DNA of 64,000 nucleotides from Thalassobaculaceae bacterium (GTDB lineage Bacteria; Pseudomonadota; Alphaproteobacteria; Thalassobaculales; Thalassobaculaceae): NCBI GenBank assembly GCA_965228875.1, contig OZ245843.1, positions 4,012,616 to 4,076,615 of the forward strand, read 5' to 3'. Shown piece by piece: positions 58,337 to 64,000 of this stretch (position 1 is its first letter; each line of letters starts with the position of its first letter). The notes under the pieces were generated by a model. It saw only the letters and a program-made list of their open reading frames with translations, ran no database searches and was not told where the DNA came from. The position numbers and the translations under genes were made by a program.

Positions 58337-59604
58337 CCGGCCCTCGGCGGCAGCAGCGGGCCGAGGGCGTCGAGAATCGCGGTGAGGCCGTCGCGCCCCT
58401 CGGCGGCGACGGCGCGGCCGCGCTGGGCCATGGCGGCGGTCTCGTCCGGATCGTCGAGCAGGGCGCCGACGGCATCGGCCAGGGCGGGGCCGTCCTCGAC
58501 CGCTCGGGCGGCTCCGGCAGCGAGCAGGGCGTCGGCGGCGTCCCGGTTGTTGGGGATCAGCGGGCCGAGCAGCAGCGCGGTGCCGCAATGGGCGGGTTCG
58601 ATCGGATTGTGGCCGCCGACCGGCACCAGCGATCCCGCCAGGAAGGTGATCGCGATCGCCGAGTAGAATGCCGCCATCTCGCCCATGGTATCGGCCAGGT
58701 AGATTTCGGTACGCGGGTCGATCGGCTCGCCGGCCGACCGGCGCGATCCCCGCAGGCCCCGCGCGGCGATCAGGCCGGCGATCTCGTCGCCGCGTGTGGC
58801 GTGCCGCGGCGCGATCACGGTCAGCAGGTCGCGGCGCGTCGCCGCCAGCCGGGCGTGGGCGTCCAGGACCGCCGCGTCCTCGCCGGGATGGGTATTGGCC
58901 GCCAGCCAGACCGGCCGGCCGGCCAGCGACCGCTCGAGCTCCGCGATCTGGATCGGGTCGGCCGGCGGCGGATCGCCCGCCGCCTTCAGGTTGCCGGCGT
59001 GACGGACGTCGCGGCAGCCGAGCGCCGAGAAGCGCCGGGCCTGATCGGCGCTCGCCGCCAGCACCAGGTCGAAGGCGCCGAACAGCGGCCGTGCCAGCGG
59101 TCCCATGCGCCGCCAGCGGCGAAACGCGCCGAGGGACAGGCGGCCGTCGACGATGGCCATCGGGACGTGCCGCGCCGCGGCCTCGGTGACCAGGGCCGGC
59201 CAAAGGTCCGACTCCATCCAGATCCCGAGATCCGGGCGCCAGTGATCGAGGAACCGGCGCACCCAGGCCGGCCGGTCGACCGGCACGAACTGATGGATCA
59301 CCCCGTCGGGCAGGCGGGAGGCCATGGCCGCCGCCGAGGTCACGGTGCCGGTGGTCATCAGCAGGGCGAGATCGGGCCGCGCCGCCGCGAGTGCCCGGAT
59401 CAGGGTGAGCAGGCCGACGGCCTCGCCGACGCTGGCGGCGTGGAGCCACACGAGCGGCTTGTCCGGCCGCGGCAGCGAGGCGACGCCCCGACGCTCGTCC
59501 AGCCGCTGCGGGTCCTCCTTGCCGCGCGCCACCCGCTTGGCGAGGTAGGCGTCGATCGCCGGACCCAGGGCGGTGGCGAGCCCCTTGTACAGCGAGAGGA
59601 TCAC
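58333..59604 (-). CDS. waaA: Kdo transferase
   Basis: WLHAASVGE, ESDLWP, PRH, DTMGE and GGHNPIEPA motifs. Confidence 0.95.
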   Translation of the reverse strand: MILSLYKGLATALGPAIDAYLAKRVARGKEDPQRLDERRGVASLPRPDKPLVWLHAASVGEAVGLLTLIRALAAARPDLALLMTTGTVTSAAAMASRLPDGVIHQFVPVDRPAWVRRFLDHWRPDLGIWMESDLWPALVTEAAARHVPMAIVDGRLSLGAFRRWRRMGPLARPLFGAFDLVLAASADQARRFSALGCRDVRHAGNLKAAGDPPPADPIQIAELERSLAGRPVWLAANTHPGEDAAVLDAHARLAATRRDLLTVIAPRHATRGDEIAGLIAARGLRGSRRSAGEPIDPRTEIYLADTMGEMAAFYSAIAITFLAGSLVPVGGHNPIEPAHCGTALLLGPLIPNNRDAADALLAAGAARAVEDGPALADAVGALLDDPDETAAMAQRGRAVAAEGRDGLTAILDALGPLLPPRAG

Positions 59605-60323
59605 GGGGCCACTCCCCCGGACTTGGCGTCGCGCGGCCGTTCGGCAGCTGGCGGGATCGGGGTCGCGCCGACCAGCCGGTCGGCCTCGTCGGTGACGGCG
59701 TTGAGCGCGTCCTCGACCCGTCGGCGGGCCGTCTCGCGGTCGTCGGCGGTGTCGGAGACGTGGATCGGTGCGCCGTAGACGACGACGCCCCGCGTCAGGG
59801 GCAGCGGGATCAGGAAGCGGTCCCAGGAGCCGGCCCGGATGCGCGGCCGGCTGCTGCAGGCGACGGGGATGATCGGCGCGCCGCTGCGCCGGGCCGCTTC
59901 GATCACGCCGACCTGACAGCGCATTCTCGGGCCCCGGGGGCCGTCTGGGGTGATCGCGACCGGCACGCCGGCCTCCAGGGCCCGCAGCATCCCCCGCATC
60001 GCCCCCATGGGGTTGCGCCGGGTCGATCCCTCGATCGGTCGCGAGATGAAATCGGCGAGAGCCGCGCCGAGGAGCCGGCCGTCGCCGTGGGAGGAGTGCA
60101 CCATCGCCATCGGCCGACCGCGGGTCCATGCGGCGGCGATCAGGCCGAGCCGGTTGTGCCAGAAGGCGCCGAGGAACGGTCGGCCGCTGTCGATCAGGGC
60201 CGCCGTCGCCGGATCCATGTGCCGCTCCAGGCGCACGGTCGCCAGCAGCAGGCGGATGTATCCGCGCACCAGCCTGGTCAGCACGGCGATGCCGAGGTCG
60301 CTGCGAAGGAGAGGTTTCAGCAT
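59601..60323 (-). CDS. DUF374/lysophospholipid acyltransferase family protein
   Basis: FWH, ITPDGPRGP and SWDRF motifs; upstream of waaA. Confidence 0.85.
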   Translation of the reverse strand: MLKPLLRSDLGIAVLTRLVRGYIRLLLATVRLERHMDPATAALIDSGRPFLGAFWHNRLGLIAAAWTRGRPMAMVHSSHGDGRLLGAALADFISRPIEGSTRRNPMGAMRGMLRALEAGVPVAITPDGPRGPRMRCQVGVIEAARRSGAPIIPVACSSRPRIRAGSWDRFLIPLPLTRGVVVYGAPIHVSDTADDRETARRRVEDALNAVTDEADRLVGATPIPPAAERPRDAKSGGVAP

Positions 60324-60490
60324 GGGTCTGCGGTGCACCTCGGCACGGAGACGGCCCCGGGGCCGGATCGCCGACTTCTACCATGCCCGCACCGGTGTCG
60401 CATGCCCGGTTGGAGGAGGCCGGCGCGGAGGGAAGGGCCGGGCGTCAATGACCGAGAGTGAACAACGGTGAGGGAGCGGCCCGGCCGGGC

Positions 60491-61066
60491 CTACATCCGC
60501 TCGCTCAGCCAGATCGCCAGTCGCGACCCGGTCGCGATGGCGGCGCGCATCACCGGGTAACCGACAGTGTCCTCGCCGCCATGCTCGCGCCCGATATGCG
60601 CGTGCTCGGCCTCCTCGGCGCGGAATTCCTCGATCGTCTCCCGGAGCTCCGGCTCGTCGTCGCCGAGCGCCTCCTGCTGGCGGCGGTAGTGCTCGTCGAT
60701 CACCTCCTCGACCGCGATCGTGCAGGCCATCGCCGCCTTCTCGCCCATCAGCGCGGTGCCGGCGCCGAGCGCGAACCCGGCCACGTGCCAGATCGGGTGC
60801 AGCAGGGTCGGCCGTGCCCGGCGCTCGACGATCAGCTTCTCGAAGGCGGCGAGATGCTTCTCCTCCTGCTCCTTCATGTGGCGGATGGTCTTGCCGCAGG
60901 GCCGCCGGCCGAGCACGGCGAGCTGGCCCTCGTAGATGCGCTGGGCGCCGAACTCGCCGGCATGGTCGACGCGGATGATGCGGTCGATCAGGTCGCGCTT
61001 GGACAGGTCGCCGGGCAGGCGGCCCTTCGGGCGGGGCTTCGGGCTATGGGTCGCGGTCTCGGTCAT
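60491..61066 (-). CDS. coq7: Demethoxyubiquinone hydroxylase
   Basis: RVDHAGEFGA..IYEGQ, EEKH, VEEVIDEHY and EEAEH di-iron motifs. Confidence 0.93.
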   Translation of the reverse strand: MTETATHSPKPRPKGRLPGDLSKRDLIDRIIRVDHAGEFGAQRIYEGQLAVLGRRPCGKTIRHMKEQEEKHLAAFEKLIVERRARPTLLHPIWHVAGFALGAGTALMGEKAAMACTIAVEEVIDEHYRRQQEALGDDEPELRETIEEFRAEEAEHAHIGREHGGEDTVGYPVMRAAIATGSRLAIWLSERM

Positions 61067-61067
61067 C

Positions 61068-61556
61068 TCAGGCTCCGGCACGGGCGGCTACGCTCTTCAC
61101 CATGGCGCGGATCGCCGCCGCGGCAACCCCCAGCGCGAACAGAACGTTCCACCCGGCCATGGAGAGACCGAACAGCGAGAACGCCACCTCGTCGCAGCGC
61201 ACGATCGGGGCGGCCATGATCTGGGCGCGCAGGGTCGCGAGGTCGTCGCTGGCCGAGACCGAGCCGCAGCCGGAGGTCCCCTCCCACCAACCCTGCTCGA
61301 CGCCGACATGGAACGCGCCGATGCCGCCGGAGACCAGGACGGCGAGGATGGCGAACCCGGTCAGCGCCGTGGCCGCGCCGCGGTTGCGGGCGACGGAAGC
61401 GGCGGCGAGGCCGAGCAGAACCGCCGCGAGGTACGGCCAGCGCTGCCAGATGCAGAGCACGCAGGGCTGCAGGTCGAAGCCGTACTGGGCGACCAGGGCC
61501 AAGGCCAGCGCCGCGGCGGCGGCGGCGGCCACGGAGAGCGGGATCAGAGCAGCCAT
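61068..61556 (-). CDS. dsbB: Disulfide bond formation protein B family
   Basis: PCVLCIWQR, HVGVE, second Cys pair and GLSMAGWN motifs. Confidence 0.85.
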   Translation of the reverse strand: MAALIPLSVAAAAAAALALALVAQYGFDLQPCVLCIWQRWPYLAAVLLGLAAASVARNRGAATALTGFAILAVLVSGGIGAFHVGVEQGWWEGTSGCGSVSASDDLATLRAQIMAAPIVRCDEVAFSLFGLSMAGWNVLFALGVAAAAIRAMVKSVAARAGA

Positions 61557-62125
61557 TTGATCGCAGCGAAGCCCCCCAGAAGAAGGACGAAGAACACGAT
61601 GCTGATGAGCCCGAGATGCTTCTCCAGCAGCCGGCGGATCGGCGGACCGAAATACCACAACAGGCCGGCCACCGCGAAGAACCGGATGCCGCGGGCCGCC
61701 ACGGAAGCCAGCACGAAGACCAGCAGATCGAGCCGCGTGACGCCGCTGGCGATGGTGATCACCTTGTAGGGGAACGGCGTGACGCCGGCGCCGAACACGA
61801 CCCACGCGCCCCAGTCGTTGTACATGACGGCGAACTCGTCGAACTTGTCCGCCTTGCCGTAGAACTCGAGGATCAGCTGGCCGATCGCGTCGAAGAACAG
61901 GCTGCCGATGGCATAGCCCAGCAGCCCGCCGGCGACCGAGGCGAGCGTGGCGACCAGCGCGATGCGCCAGGCCTTCGCGCGGTCGGCCAGGACCATGGGC
62001 ACGATCATCACGTCCGGCGGGATCGGAAAGACGGAGCTCTCGACGAAGGACACCGCCGCCAGCCAGCGCTCGGCGTGACGATGGCCGGAGACGCGCAGGG
62101 TCCAGTCGTAGAACGGGCGCAGCAT
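61544..62125 (-). CDS. YqaA/DedA family membrane protein
   Basis: ESSVFPIPPD, SVAGGLLGY, TPFPYK and RGIRF motifs. Confidence 0.9.
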   Translation of the reverse strand: MLRPFYDWTLRVSGHRHAERWLAAVSFVESSVFPIPPDVMIVPMVLADRAKAWRIALVATLASVAGGLLGYAIGSLFFDAIGQLILEFYGKADKFDEFAVMYNDWGAWVVFGAGVTPFPYKVITIASGVTRLDLLVFVLASVAARGIRFFAVAGLLWYFGPPIRRLLEKHLGLISIVFFVLLLGGFAAIKWLL

Positions 62126-62256
62126 GGCGGTCTCCCGGCGGCGTCGGACAGGGCGTTGCGTTAGCCAGGGCGATAGCAGGGCGGCGCCTTACCGACAAGG
62201 CCGCGCTGCGTCACCGCAGGGTCGAATGACGGCAGAGCGCGGTCCCCGCGAGAGCG

Positions 62257-62285
62257 TTGACCGGGTGTCCCGCCCTCGCCATAGT
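62257..62285 (+). promoter_or_regulatory. Putative sigma70 promoter of tRNA-Leu
   Basis: TTGACC-N17-CATAGT ending 14 bp upstream of the tRNA. Confidence 0.6.
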
Positions 62286-62299
62286 GCAGCCGTTCCGGC

Positions 62300-62386
62300 G
62301 CCCCCGTGGCGGAATTGGTAGACGCGACAGACTCAAAATCTGTTTTCCGCAAGGAAGTGTCCGTTCGAGTCGGACCGGGGGCACCA
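62300..62386 (+). tRNA. tRNA-Leu (CAA)
   Basis: Acceptor stem GCCCCCG/CGGGGGC; anticodon arm ACAGA-CTCAAAA-TCTGT; long variable arm; GTTCGAG T-loop; encoded CCA. Confidence 0.97.
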
Positions 62387-62590
62387 TCGCGCTGGCAAGC
62401 CGTCGGACCGCCGGACCCTCACCCCCCCTGTTTTTCCTCGATCCCGCCTAGCGTGCGGTCACGCAATTGGCCTGAACGACCCGACGCAGCATCGGTTCGG
62501 GAATTCTGGCTTGTTGCCGTTCTGTGGCACAACGAAGGCGTGTGTTATTCTTGCCATCGTTGGCCGGCAATCCTCGAACGGGGGCAGGGG

Positions 62591-64000
62591 ATGATTGCGG
62601 ACTTTGATAGGGCGCAGGAGCGTTTGCGAGACGTGAAGCGTCGACTGGAGACCCTTGGCTCGAGCCGGGCAGATGCGGTGGGCGGACGGCGCTCGTTGGG
62701 CGTCGTGACGTCCACAGACGATTTTGATCTGCTCAGGTGTTTGGTTCGGGACAGCATCGACGCCGTGTGCGTCGGTCTTCCCTCTACCGCCGAGAGATAC
62801 AGCGACCTGGTGTCGGCGACCGACACGCCAGAGGACCTGCACGCGATCGTACAGGACCTGCTCGACATCGCGCCCCCGACTCGCATGCAGGTTTCCGGTG
62901 ACGGAGATGCCGCGTATTTCTCCATTCTAGTCGAGCGATCGCTCCTGGGCTCCCGACTGTTCAAATACGCGATCGGGGCTGTCGTTCTGATGATCGGGAT
63001 CTCTCTTGGCATTGTCGGGTGGGAGATCTCGACGGTCGGCGACCTGACGGCTCAAGTGGATGCGAAACTTCACGAAGCGCGGCGGATCCTGGACGAGAAG
63101 CAGTCGGCAATGGACAGCCAGATCGCAAACGCAACCCGGCTGGGTAAGGAGATCCAACGGGATGCGGAACTGGTCGAGGAGGAGAAGGAAAGGGCGCGGC
63201 GCGAGCTCAACCGCCTGAGGGGAGACGTCGAGGGCGTCCAGGCAACACTTGAGAAGATGCGATCGGAACTCCGGGGCGTACGCGGTGCGTGGGACGCCGA
63301 GAAGGCCGGGTGGGACAAGGAGCTTGCACAGATCCAGGGGTTCTTCGACGAACAGAAAGCAGAGGTCCGCAAGGCCGTGACCTCGACAATTGGCGAACTC
63401 GCGCCGCTGCTCACCGCTGTTAGAGCTAAGGAAGCCGAGGTGGACGGGCTGGCGCGCCAGGCGTCGGCGTCCGCGGCCGCCGCTGCGGCGGACGCCGGCG
63501 ATGCATCGGCGCAATCCGAGGCGGCGCAGACCCATGCGAGCAAGGCGCAATCCGAAGGCGAGCAGGTAGAACGCCTGCGGGAGAGGGTCGACAGCATTCA
63601 TACCGGGCTCAACGCCAAGGTCGCCGCCGCCGAGAGTGCCGCGGCTGCGGCACTTGAGTCGGTCGACAGGCTCACGCAGCGTCTCGACGGGAAACGCCAG
63701 GATTTCGAGAACGCTCTGGCGAGCGGCGTCGAGCTCGAGGAACGGCTCAATCGGGAACTGCAGGGGATGGGAGCCGCGATCGATGCATGGCGCAAACGCA
63801 CCGAGGACGCGGTCGTCCAGGTCGAGGAACAGGCGGCCGAGGCATCCGCTACTCTTCGCGAAAGGTCTGCTGAACCGCTCTCGGTGCTGCAGGGCCGACG
63901 CGATAGGGCCAAAGAAATTGTAGAGGGCCTGGTTCGCCGGGAGAGCGATGCCAGGGAGTATCTGGGCAGGCTGGAGGAAATTCAGAGCAAGGCCCGCGAT
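62591..64000 (+). CDS. Hypothetical single-TM, long coiled-coil protein, truncated by the window end
   Basis: Manually translated 470 open codons: MIADFDRAQ...YAIGAVVLMIGISLGIVGW (TM)...A/E/R/Q-rich heptads...IQSKARD; absent from the ORF track, presumably because no stop lies in the window. Confidence 0.75.
   Translation, partial: MIADFDRAQERLRDVKRRLETLGSSRADAVGGRRSLGVVTSTDDFDLLRCLVRDSIDAVCVGLPSTAERYSDLVSATDTPEDLHAIVQDLLDIAPPTRMQVSGDGDAAYFSILVERSLLGSRLFKYAIGAVVLMIGISLGIVGWEISTVGDLTAQVDAKLHEARRILDEKQSAMDSQIANATRLGKEIQRDAELVEEEKERARRELNRLRGDVEGVQATLEKMRSELRGVRGAWDAEKAGWDKELAQIQGFFDEQKAEVRKAVTSTIGELAPLLTAVRAKEAEVDGLARQASASAAAAAADAGDASAQSEAAQTHASKAQSEGEQVERLRERVDSIHTGLNAKVAAAESAAAAALESVDRLTQRLDGKRQDFENALASGVELEERLNRELQGMGAAIDAWRKRTEDAVVQVEEQAAEASATLRERSAEPLSVLQGRRDRAKEIVEGLVRRESDAREYLGRLEEIQSKARD

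Noticed and set aside
62387..62590. Integrase or att site next to tRNA-Leu
   Set aside because: No recombinase ORF and no duplicate of the tRNA 3' end was seen within the window
62459..63912. Minus-strand ORFs after the tRNA
   Set aside because: Shadows of the long plus-strand coiled-coil ORF

Overview
GC-rich chromosomal segment of an alphaproteobacterium. Gene content and order (pduO-etfBA-hbd, thrS-infC without rpmI-rplT, purD/xseA, DUF374-waaA-lpxK, coq7, DUF1674, DUF2125, CtrA-like boxes) point to Rhodospirillales or a similar group; this placement is inferred. About 65 CDS and one tRNA-Leu(CAA). No rRNA, CRISPR array, integrase or transposase was seen. Most genes are housekeeping or envelope genes. 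The best candidate for an undescribed system is at 20000-21400: a PAAR spike protein fused to an M35 (aspzincin) metallopeptidase domain that lacks its usual propeptide, followed by a separate small gene resembling that propeptide. This suggests a toxin/immunity pair made by splitting a zymogen. Other accessory genes: an orphan GH24 lysozyme, a DUF4157 (eCIS-associated) HExxH protein, a LodA/LodB-type CTQ oxidase pair and a solitary DUF1863/ThsB-like TIR protein. Non-coding structure includes three copies of a CTAG-bounded palindromic element that overlap stop codons, five short tandem duplications, an ATC start for infC and a thrS leader uORF. A long membrane-anchored coiled-coil ORF after the tRNA is missing from the ORF track. 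All calls come from motif recognition by eye; no database search was run.
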